DNA from: Planctomycetota bacterium
GTDB taxonomy: Bacteria > Planctomycetota > Planctomycetia > Pirellulales > Pirellulaceae
Assembly: GCA_017303505.1 (NCBI GenBank)
Contig: JAFLCP010000013.1
Coordinates: forward strand, 2,446 to 66,445
Direction of reading: 5' to 3'
Length of the DNA stretch: 64,000 nt
Shown: positions 56,723 through 64,000 of the stretch, one piece after another
Layout of the letters: each line of letters starts with the position of its first letter
Numbering within the stretch: position 1 is the stretch's first letter
Position numbers and translations under genes: made by a program
The notes under the pieces: model-generated
The model's input: the letters and a program-made list of their open reading frames with translations, nothing else
What the model was told of the DNA's origin: nothing
Databases searched by the model: none

Positions 56723-57787
56723 GCCCCGAAAGTAGATCACCAGTCTATGCTTGATCGGCTGCGGCCGGGCACACCACTTTTGCCTCCGCTCCTGATTCAA
56801 AACGCTGTATTTGAGGCCGATCGAGCTATCGACGCGATGATTGAGGTAACGGTCAAGAACGATGTTGCCGTCGAGCAGTTCAACGTCGAATGCAAGACTC
56901 GCTCGACAAAAGAAGATTTTCGAAAAGCCATCCAGCAAGCCTCTGACAATGCCAAGCGACTGGTCTCTCATCCGTTGATTTTTCTTCCGTATCTCGCACC
57001 GGATCGATTGGCAGAACTTGAGAGTTTAGCGGTCAGCGGAATCGATTTGTGTGGCAATGGCATTGTCTACGTTCCCAACCGCATCTGCGTTGTCCGCACA
57101 GGTCAGCCAAATCTTTATCCCGATTCACGACCTGTTGCGAATCCCTTTCGTGGGCGATCAGGACTTGTTGCACGGATGCTTATCGAGAAGCCTTATTGGG
57201 AAACCCTAAGCGAACTGACTGAAGCCATTGAGAAGCGAGCGCAACTGAAAGGCCCTTCGCTTTCTCAAGTCTCCAAAACGATCGCCGCATATGCTGAAGA
57301 GATGTTGGTGCTCAAAAATGGGAATGCCATTAAGCTCGCAGATCCTATTGGGATGTTGGATCATCTGCTTAAGCATTGGCGTTTGAATCCGGCCGTTCGA
57401 AATCGCCTCTATCGCAGTGCAAAAAGCCCGCTGAAGCTCAAGGACTTGTCGAACTCAACGAAACTCGTTTGGTCACTTACCGGTGAGTCCTCTGCGACAC
57501 GTTACGGCACAATAGCTCAAGGCGGACCGTTAAAGGTGGCCGTTAGCGATCTTAGACTTGCAGAATCGATTCTCTCCCTGACGCCTGAAAATGTTCCTAG
57601 CTTCGCCAACATTGAACTTATCGAAACACTAGACGACTCAGCCTATTTTGCCAACGAGAGAGATGACGACGGTGTCCGCTATGCCAGTCGAATACAGACT
57701 TGGCTTGAGCTGAATTCCGGCGACGCTCGCCAACGCGAAACAGCCAAGGATCTTTACCAGTCCATCATCAGAGATTTGAGGCTTTAG
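56714..57787 (+). CDS. hypothetical protein (possible nuclease-like N-domain + wHTH), partner of the downstream nucleotidyltransferase
   Basis: 357 aa with an 8-nt gap to the next gene. IDAMIEV...FNVECKTRS is PD-(D/E)xK-like, and LSQVSKTIAAYAEEMLVLK is HTH-like. Tentative. Confidence 0.55.
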   Translation: MDEAPKVDHQSMLDRLRPGTPLLPPLLIQNAVFEADRAIDAMIEVTVKNDVAVEQFNVECKTRSTKEDFRKAIQQASDNAKRLVSHPLIFLPYLAPDRLAELESLAVSGIDLCGNGIVYVPNRICVVRTGQPNLYPDSRPVANPFRGRSGLVARMLIEKPYWETLSELTEAIEKRAQLKGPSLSQVSKTIAAYAEEMLVLKNGNAIKLADPIGMLDHLLKHWRLNPAVRNRLYRSAKSPLKLKDLSNSTKLVWSLTGESSATRYGTIAQGGPLKVAVSDLRLAESILSLTPENVPSFANIELIETLDDSAYFANERDDDGVRYASRIQTWLELNSGDARQRETAKDLYQSIIRDLRL

Positions 57788-57795
57788 GTGATATC

Positions 57796-58674
57796 ATGGA
57801 CGATCTTTTGTGGCCGCATTTTCAGCCGCTGTGGAGAGATCTCGCTGCTGCATCTTCCACAAACATTCTGGTCGCTGGCGGATATGGTCTATTCCTTAAG
57901 CAGAGATGGCTATCCAACTCCTCGAGCTTGCCCACGGTAGTACCCATCCCGAACTGGTTGGATGCGACACCCCGCGTTACGAAAGACGTTGACCTCGTTC
58001 TCGGACTTGATCTGATAAGGAGCGCAAATCATCAGAAGTCTATAGTCGCTGCACTGACAAAGAACGGTTTTGCAGCCAGTGATCGCGCGCATGAACAGCG
58101 ATGGAAGTTCTTCAAGCAACTTTCAGTAGATCAGCTAATCATTGTCGAAATGCATGCTCAGCATCCAGGTTCTAAATTAGATGGAATCACCGTAACGGAC
58201 AAACGAGTCAAACACAAACCATCTCTTGGAGACCAAGGAATTCACGGCCGAACCAATCCAGAAGCCATAGGCTCAGAGCTGTATCCGTTTCAATTCGAAT
58301 TAGAAAATCTCCGGTTGCTTGTTCCCAACCCAGTAACTTGGTGCATGATGAAATTGACTGCAACAAGCGATCGTTGGGCCGTATCGCAGAACTTAGAGCA
58401 TAGCGAAGAGTATCGGGATTTCAATCGTTTGCAAACCGCAAAACATGCTTATGACGTGTATCGTGTCATTGGGATGATGACGATGGAAGAACGTGATCAT
58501 GCAAATGAAGTCATCGAATCGCTTATCAAAGCGGACGCATTCACTACCGCAAGACGTTGCTGGCAGAACGATTTTGCGGAAAATCCGATTCCTGCTGTTC
58601 GAGCACTTGGATCAAAATGGCGCCAAGGAGATATAGCCGTTATCCAACAGGTCCTCGCCAGTTGGTTCGGTTAA
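57796..58674 (+). CDS. nucleotidyltransferase-fold protein (AbiEii/DUF1814-like toxin candidate)
   Basis: The NTase pattern ILVAGGYGLFLKQRW ... RVTKDVDLVLGLD (GG...DxD) near the N-terminus resembles AbiEii-type proteins. Confidence 0.55.
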   Translation: MDDLLWPHFQPLWRDLAAASSTNILVAGGYGLFLKQRWLSNSSSLPTVVPIPNWLDATPRVTKDVDLVLGLDLIRSANHQKSIVAALTKNGFAASDRAHEQRWKFFKQLSVDQLIIVEMHAQHPGSKLDGITVTDKRVKHKPSLGDQGIHGRTNPEAIGSELYPFQFELENLRLLVPNPVTWCMMKLTATSDRWAVSQNLEHSEEYRDFNRLQTAKHAYDVYRVIGMMTMEERDHANEVIESLIKADAFTTARRCWQNDFAENPIPAVRALGSKWRQGDIAVIQQVLASWFG

Positions 58675-58797
58675 TTCGTCGAGTGCTGACTCGAACTCAT
58701 CTCCCCATTCAGAAGTAGCGAATCTCACTTTCTCGTCGCAGAAAGATTCTGGGAAAGATAAGATGGAGTCCTGTGTGATACTTACAGAGGGACTCCG

Positions 58798-59406
58798 ATG
58801 CACCAGTGGCCAGAAACCAACGAAAGCTTGATTTGTAGGGTCAAAGACCCAGCAGATGCGGCTTCGTGGTCGGTCTTTCTGGCGATTTACCGCCCCGTAG
58901 TAGTGCGGATGGCCTGCGGGCAAGGCTTACAGCATGCAGATGCCGAAGACCTCGCTCAGCAAGTTTTCTTGTCGGTTTCGAAAGCCATCGCGGCCTGGGA
59001 GCCTGACGCAAACCAACCGCCATTTCGAGTCTGGCTCGCTCGCATCACGCGAAACGCGATCGTAAACAAGCTGACTCGCCAAAAGCCTGATGCCCCGGGT
59101 GGCTCAACCAGTGCCCTAAACCTCCTGCATGAATTACCCGAACGTAAAGATGAAACCGCTCAACAGTTGATCGCAGAGAGTCGCCTCGAGGCGATGCGTT
59201 GGGCAGCGGACGAGATACGAGGTGAATTCACGGAAGTGACTTGGGCAATGTTTTGGCTCACGGCAATCGAAGGGGTAGCTGTTGCCGAAGTCGCTCAGCA
59301 ACAGAATAAATCACCTGGCGCAGTTTACATGGCTCGCTTCAAAGTGATGCAACGCTTGAAAGAAAAAGTACTTGAAGTTTCTGAAGTATGGAGTGACCTG
59401 AAATGA
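58798..59406 (+). CDS. ECF sigma factor (paralog of 50653-51267)
   Basis: WPETNESLICRVKDPADAASWSVFLAIYRPVVVRMA...DAEDLAQQVFLSVSKAIAAWEPDANQPPFRVWLARITRNAIVNK aligns along its whole length with the other kinase-linked sigma. Confidence 0.9.
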   Translation: MHQWPETNESLICRVKDPADAASWSVFLAIYRPVVVRMACGQGLQHADAEDLAQQVFLSVSKAIAAWEPDANQPPFRVWLARITRNAIVNKLTRQKPDAPGGSTSALNLLHELPERKDETAQQLIAESRLEAMRWAADEIRGEFTEVTWAMFWLTAIEGVAVAEVAQQQNKSPGAVYMARFKVMQRLKEKVLEVSEVWSDLK

Positions 59407-62400
59407 ATCTGTCGACCGAATGTCTAGCAGCGTCGCAAGTCGATTCGCTCCTAAAAGGAAACTTGACTCCTGAAGAATATGAAGCTGCACAGGATCATTT
59501 AGAACTGTGCGAAACATGTCGAGCACGCATCGAATCCACCATAGGTCCTAAGCAATGGTGGTCCGATGTCCAAAACGTCTTGTTGGATTCTCGAACAGAT
59601 TCATCGTCGCCGCGCGGCGTTTCCGCTACCGACTCGACTCGATTCGAAACATCAACCGCAAAACTTCTCGACCTGCTTGGCCCAACCGATGACCCCAACA
59701 TGCTTGGTCGCATCGGCCCTTATGAGATTATCGGGCTGTTAGGGCAGGGGGGCATGGGCGTGGTCTTCAAGGGTTTTGATCGATCGCTTCATCGCTTCGT
59801 AGCCATCAAAATGTTGCTTCCCCACTTGGCCGCCTCAGGAGCAGCGAGAAAGCGATTTGCTCGCGAAGGTCGAGCCGTTGCTGCCGTGGTCGATGACCAT
59901 GTGATGGCCATTCATTGTGTCGACGAATGGCAAGGCGTCCCATATATCGTGATGACCTATGCACGTGGTGTTTCCTTGCAAAAACGTTTGAGCGACCACG
60001 GGCCACTAGAAACTCGCGAGATTCTGCGCATCGGTATGCAAGCGGCCAAGGGACTCGCTGCAGCACATGCCCAAGGTATCGTGCATCGCGACATCAAGCC
60101 GGCCAATATCTTTCTCGACCAAACTGTCGAACGAGTTCAGCTAATGGATTTCGGTTTGGCTCGCGCCGTGGACGATGCGAGTCTCACATGCACTGGAATC
60201 TTGGCGGGTACTCCACAGTACATGTCTCCCGAACAAGCTCGTGCAGAAACAGTCGATCAACGCAGCGATCTGTTTAGTCTTGGCAGCGTGATGTACGCCA
60301 TGTGTACAGGACACGCACCTTTTCGAGCCGACTCCAGCTATGGCGTTCTGCGATTGATCACCGACAAAGAACCTCGTCCCATTCAGGAGATCAATCCTGA
60401 TATTCCCGATTGGCTATGTACTATCATCGCCAGGTTAATGGCCAAGCAGTCCTGCGATCGATTTCAAACTGCCAAAGAAGTTTCATTGTTGCTGGAGGAA
60501 TGCCTGGCCCATGTCCAGCAACCTTTGCTAACACCTTTGCCCAAACAACTTGCACCACACGCCTCAGGTCAGTCTTACTTCTCCTCGAATCGTAAAGGAC
60601 TCTGGATCATGTTGGGAACACTGGGGATCTTTCTCATGGGTTTGCTGTTGTGGTCGGAAACACAACCGCCCGACATCAGCGGCCAATGGACTAGCGACGA
60701 ATGGGGGACTGTGGAGCTTACGGAAACACAACCTGGCCGGTATGAAGGCAAATTGCAAAACGGCCTTTTTGTTTTCGGCAGTGCACCTTTCGATCACAAA
60801 CAATGGACCAACATGGCCTGCTCGAACTGCCACCAAGGGAACAATGAACTCGTTGGAAAAATCGAACTAAAGTGGTCGAGGCTGGAAAACCGTTTTAACG
60901 GCACTTGGAGTATTCCCGAAAACCACTCCGGCAAACTCTCTATACGGCTAGTCCAAAATGAAATTCGTGGCGGCTGGACGACAAGTAAGAAGTCGGATGC
61001 CTATCCGAGCACACCTCGACTGGGCGATTTGACGTGGAAGCGAATCGCAATAGGTGCTGACGCGTCCGATGCGATTAGCTTGAAGAAGGAATCATTGAAC
61101 CCCTCCACGGGAGAAACTGATGAAGCTCTCACGAAATGGTACGGAAGATTCTGGGATGCCGCACGAAACAAATCATCTAAACCATATCGACGGATTGAAG
61201 TTGATGGCAAAGTCTATTTCGTCCCAGAGGATGAGGACTGGCAACACGTCGAGAGCAGTTTGCAAAGGCTTCAAGGAGAAACCAAAGTCTTAAATGTGGA
61301 CGCACTCTCCTTTGAGGTAGATCGCTTCAATGAGGAGATGAAAAAGAAGTTCCCGAATCATGACCAACCGCCCCTCACCAAAGACGAGCTGATGGCCTGT
61401 GCCTCTTGGCATAAGCTCTACAAAAAGAACTCGGTGGCGGTCAGCGAATTACTCCCCACACTTGCCACAGGACATATTTGGATTGAAGGCTGGACCATCA
61501 TCGGCTATTTTATCGAATTGCCCCCGATAGAGACGCCAGTTCGAGCCTACCAGATCGTTTTGCAAAACAATAAAACTCAGGAGCGATTCATCGTTCGCGA
61601 GCGATTTATTGCTCCGCTCAAAAGCCCGAATGACTCCGACTTACCAACCGAAGAGGCTAAGGGAACTCCCCTAGCAGTTGCAATCAAGCGGTTTAATGAA
61701 ACAAACTTTCGTGTGGATGGAAAAAAGCAGCCGCCACTGACGGAAGATGAGGTCATTGCAGCCATACTCCATCAACAGACTCGGCGCGACGAGTATGACG
61801 TCAGCGATGCTCTATTCGAACGATTGCAGAATATTGCTCGCACACGGATCCTCCCTGAAGGTGCGGAGATCGAAGTGATTCCTACTTTCGGCACTGAAGA
61901 CAGCTCCATTCATAACATCTGGTCCGTGCGAGTGAGGCTTATTCAAGACGAGGCAGGCAGAGAAGGCTGGACCTACGCATTTATCCTGCGTGAACAGTTT
62001 TTATCCGTTAAGCATAGCGATGCGGGGAGAATCATCTGGGGAAAACCGGGAACCAATGGCGTCCAGGCCGGAGTTCGCCTCAGTCCAGCGGTTCCTCGAT
62101 TCATGCTGGGGCAAAAAATTGAGGTCGAGCTTTTCTATCGAAATGTTCTGACTCGATCGATTGAAACTACGATTATGAATTACCCGGTCTATGCCGTCGA
62201 GGCGTTCGACGAAACGGGCCTGCAACCCCGTATGCTAGAGTCTGGTGAACACCTCATTGCAGGAGCTAAACTAGAATCGCTTGGCGAGCAACCTATATCG
62301 CGTAAAGCTAAGCCGATAATACTGGCACCTTCAAATCTGGGACCGGAGGAGGAGGCTCGCATGCTTGCCGATTACGATGGAGCCAATCTTCTTTTCGTAA

Positions 62401-62522
62401 AACCGGGTTCGAACTATCGAATGAAATTCACGGTCAACAACATCGCTTCCGACGATGAGGCTCCTCTATCAACGGGCGAATTCGAGTTCGCAGTTGAAGA
62501 GACTGAGAAACTAACTCCCTGA
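59403..62522 (+). CDS. Ser/Thr protein kinase with N-terminal ZAS anti-sigma motif, one TM and a ~620-aa ectodomain
   Basis: ATGA overlap with the sigma gene. ZAS motif HLELCETC. Kinase motifs GQGGMGVVFKG, VAIK, HRDIKPANIF, DFG and TPQYMSPE. TM segment LWIMLGTLGIFLMGLLLW. Confidence 0.9.
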   Translation: MNLSTECLAASQVDSLLKGNLTPEEYEAAQDHLELCETCRARIESTIGPKQWWSDVQNVLLDSRTDSSSPRGVSATDSTRFETSTAKLLDLLGPTDDPNMLGRIGPYEIIGLLGQGGMGVVFKGFDRSLHRFVAIKMLLPHLAASGAARKRFAREGRAVAAVVDDHVMAIHCVDEWQGVPYIVMTYARGVSLQKRLSDHGPLETREILRIGMQAAKGLAAAHAQGIVHRDIKPANIFLDQTVERVQLMDFGLARAVDDASLTCTGILAGTPQYMSPEQARAETVDQRSDLFSLGSVMYAMCTGHAPFRADSSYGVLRLITDKEPRPIQEINPDIPDWLCTIIARLMAKQSCDRFQTAKEVSLLLEECLAHVQQPLLTPLPKQLAPHASGQSYFSSNRKGLWIMLGTLGIFLMGLLLWSETQPPDISGQWTSDEWGTVELTETQPGRYEGKLQNGLFVFGSAPFDHKQWTNMACSNCHQGNNELVGKIELKWSRLENRFNGTWSIPENHSGKLSIRLVQNEIRGGWTTSKKSDAYPSTPRLGDLTWKRIAIGADASDAISLKKESLNPSTGETDEALTKWYGRFWDAARNKSSKPYRRIEVDGKVYFVPEDEDWQHVESSLQRLQGETKVLNVDALSFEVDRFNEEMKKKFPNHDQPPLTKDELMACASWHKLYKKNSVAVSELLPTLATGHIWIEGWTIIGYFIELPPIETPVRAYQIVLQNNKTQERFIVRERFIAPLKSPNDSDLPTEEAKGTPLAVAIKRFNETNFRVDGKKQPPLTEDEVIAAILHQQTRRDEYDVSDALFERLQNIARTRILPEGAEIEVIPTFGTEDSSIHNIWSVRVRLIQDEAGREGWTYAFILREQFLSVKHSDAGRIIWGKPGTNGVQAGVRLSPAVPRFMLGQKIEVELFYRNVLTRSIETTIMNYPVYAVEAFDETGLQPRMLESGEHLIAGAKLESLGEQPISRKAKPIILAPSNLGPEEEARMLADYDGANLLFVKPGSNYRMKFTVNNIASDDEAPLSTGEFEFAVEETEKLTP

Positions 62523-62595
62523 AAGTTGAGGACCTTTTGAGATCGAAATCTATGTGGCAACCGGAGATCGTGCTGAAACCCGATGGATCGGCTTC

Positions 62596-62877
62596 TCAGG
62601 CGGACTCTTTCGCTTCTATGAGAAATCGTTTGGCAACTTTGGCATCGTTGATCTGATTCGAGTAACGCAGCCTTAATTCAAAGTCAAACCTTGCAGTACC
62701 GATGCTCCTGACTAATCCAACCGCGACTTTGGCTGAAAGCGAAAACTGTTCGTTCTGCAACAAAGATGGCTGCCAGGGACGACGGGAATGCCGTAGACCT
62801 CCGCTTGCCGAGCAAACTATGGCTAGTGTCGGCAGTAAATCCCTTCCTATCTTATCCTCCGCTTTCCCACTCATCAT
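62596..62877 (-). CDS. hypothetical protein (weak call)
   Basis: 93-aa ORF in an otherwise empty interval. No RBS or motif recognised. Confidence 0.2.
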   Translation of the reverse strand: MMSGKAEDKIGRDLLPTLAIVCSASGGLRHSRRPWQPSLLQNEQFSLSAKVAVGLVRSIGTARFDFELRLRYSNQINDAKVAKRFLIEAKESA

Positions 62878-63190
62878 GGAACTAGGGATTTAACGACCTA
62901 CACATCAGACACCTCCGCAGAAGCCGATCAGTTGCAACTCGAGTGCTTTCGTCGGACGACGCTTCATAGTTGACTGTAAGAAATCCGCGAACTTGCAATA
63001 AACAGCAAACTCTACAGAGGTAGGGTCATCTGAAATACGAATCGATCGCAAATTCCCATCGAAAAGACAGCAAATCCGAAGTCAAACCCTACCGAAAACA
63101 CTAAAGTTCTGCTATTGAGAACATCTTTACCTTGAATTCTATCGATTCCGCACCTAAACTTCTCGATAACAGAACCATGAGGTGCAAAAA

Positions 63191-64000
63191 ATGAGTTTTG
63201 GTGGTAGGTTACGTTACGCCAGGGAAGCTGCGGGAATGACCCAGAAGCAACTTTCTGAGGCCACAAATATCGGGATCTCGTCCCTTTCCGAATTCGAAAA
63301 CGACTCCAGGGCCCCGTCTTCCCTGCAGTTGGCTCAAATCGCTCACGAACTGCGGAGAAGCACGGATTTCTTTTTCCAGCCGGGAGAACCTGCACCTGAA
63401 ATAGTGCTCTGGCGAGAATGTCCAGCCGATGACACTGCCTCGTCGGTTCAGGTACAGCTTATTCAACTAGCAGAGCAGTATCATCGATTAGAACAACTAT
63501 GCGGTAATCCGGAACCGCCACAGTTTGAATTCGCTACTGGTTCCGCCGACAGTTTTACATTCGCCAAAGCAGAAGTATTGGCCCATACATTTCGGAACCG
63601 ATATGCCCTTGGGGAACGCCCTGGACAGATTCTACTGCGAGTTCTCGAGGACGTCATTGGTGTAAAGATCTTCTTTCTCGACTTCGAACCATCCGGCACA
63701 GCTGCTTGCTCTTTATCCGATCGATTTGGAGCGGCAATCTTATTGAACTCGAAGAATGTAAGTTGGAGACGAAATTTTGATTTAGCCCATGAGTTGTTCC
63801 ATTTGATAACCTGGAAGGTTTTTCGGGTACCAGGTTCAGAGTGTGCCGCAACTTCGTCAACGCGTGAGGAACAACTAGCCAACTGTTTTGCTGGTCACCT
63901 GCTCCTTCCAGCTGAAGCATTGAAGACAGCGGTTTCTAAACAACTGCGAGAGAAGAAAACACTCGACTTCGAAGATCTGTTTGACATCGCACGTCAATTC
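63191..64000 (+). CDS. XRE-HTH + ImmA/IrrE (HExxH) metallopeptidase fusion, 3'-truncated by the window edge; not in the supplied ORF track
   Basis: Manual translation from the ATG at 63191 gives 270 codons without a stop, reaching the end of the window. N-terminal HTH LRYAREAAGMTQKQLSEATNIGISSLSEFENDSRAPS. ImmA/IrrE motif FDLAHELFHLITW (HELFH), then EEQLANCFAGHLLLP. Confidence 0.8.
   Translation, partial: MSFGGRLRYAREAAGMTQKQLSEATNIGISSLSEFENDSRAPSSLQLAQIAHELRRSTDFFFQPGEPAPEIVLWRECPADDTASSVQVQLIQLAEQYHRLEQLCGNPEPPQFEFATGSADSFTFAKAEVLAHTFRNRYALGERPGQILLRVLEDVIGVKIFFLDFEPSGTAACSLSDRFGAAILLNSKNVSWRRNFDLAHELFHLITWKVFRVPGSECAATSSTREEQLANCFAGHLLLPAEALKTAVSKQLREKKTLDFEDLFDIARQF

Noticed and set aside
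45032-62522. The inverted sigma-kinase paralogs as arms of a composite transposon or invertible segment.
   Set aside because: Similarity is at the protein level only and is limited to the sigma and kinase domains. The DNA is visibly diverged, and no terminal repeats or recombinase lie between them.
63012-63920. Four minus-strand ORFs listed at the right end.
   Set aside because: They are antisense to the unlisted XRE-ImmA/IrrE frame, which has HTH and HExxH motifs and no stop for 270 codons.
1-64000. CRISPR arrays, rRNA genes and tRNA genes anywhere in the window.
   Set aside because: No regularly spaced direct repeats, no rRNA-like conserved blocks and no tRNA cloverleaf candidates were noticed on either strand. 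Absence should be confirmed with tRNAscan-SE, Infernal and a CRISPR finder.

Overview
This 64-kb window is probably from a Planctomycetota (Pirellulales-like) chromosome. That is an inference from TIGR03067-type domains, ECF sigma / Ser-Thr kinase gene pairs, a BlaR1-secretin-like fusion and a GWKPIL-type palindromic repeat. No rRNA, tRNA or CRISPR array was seen.

Layout:
- 1-3.1 kb: glycan-modification genes (a two-domain GT-A glycosyltransferase and an FkbM methyltransferase).
- 3.2-29.4 kb: an accessory/defence island containing two large minus-strand operons, separated by an ACAD-like gene and a decayed IS3 transposase, and ending at a DUF2924 gene plus a truncated serine recombinase.
  - Operon A (3213-18719, 7 genes). 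The core is an HTH-SNF2-DUF3883 helicase, a DUF1156 N6-DNA methyltransferase and a DUF499 ATPase (Hma/DISARM-like). A metallo-beta-lactamase (MBL) gene plus a 4TM-protein gene sit inside the core. A second MBL gene, translationally coupled to an E2-E1-JAB triple-fusion ubiquitin-type enzyme, follows it. No ubiquitin-like gene is present.
  - Operon B (21980-27927, 6 genes): two tandem dCTP-deaminase/dUTPase-fold proteins (one membrane-anchored and apparently lacking the catalytic Glu), a PRTase-like protein, a P-loop ATPase, an unknown protein and an N6-adenine methyltransferase. A small XRE regulator is transcribed divergently.
- 30-64 kb:
  - an ECF sigma / anti-sigma pair;
  - blaI-blaR1-like genes with TACA/TGTA operators;
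  - two paralogous ECF sigma + ZAS-Ser/Thr-kinase modules;
  - a chain of about ten tightly coupled small membrane/secreted genes;
  - toxin-antitoxin debris, an Rrf2 regulator and a PQQ-like propeller protein;
  - an AbiEii-like nucleotidyltransferase pair;
  - an XRE-ImmA/IrrE gene that runs off the right edge and is absent from the supplied ORF track.

The most novel-looking content is operon A, especially the MBL + E2-E1-JAB module, and operon B.
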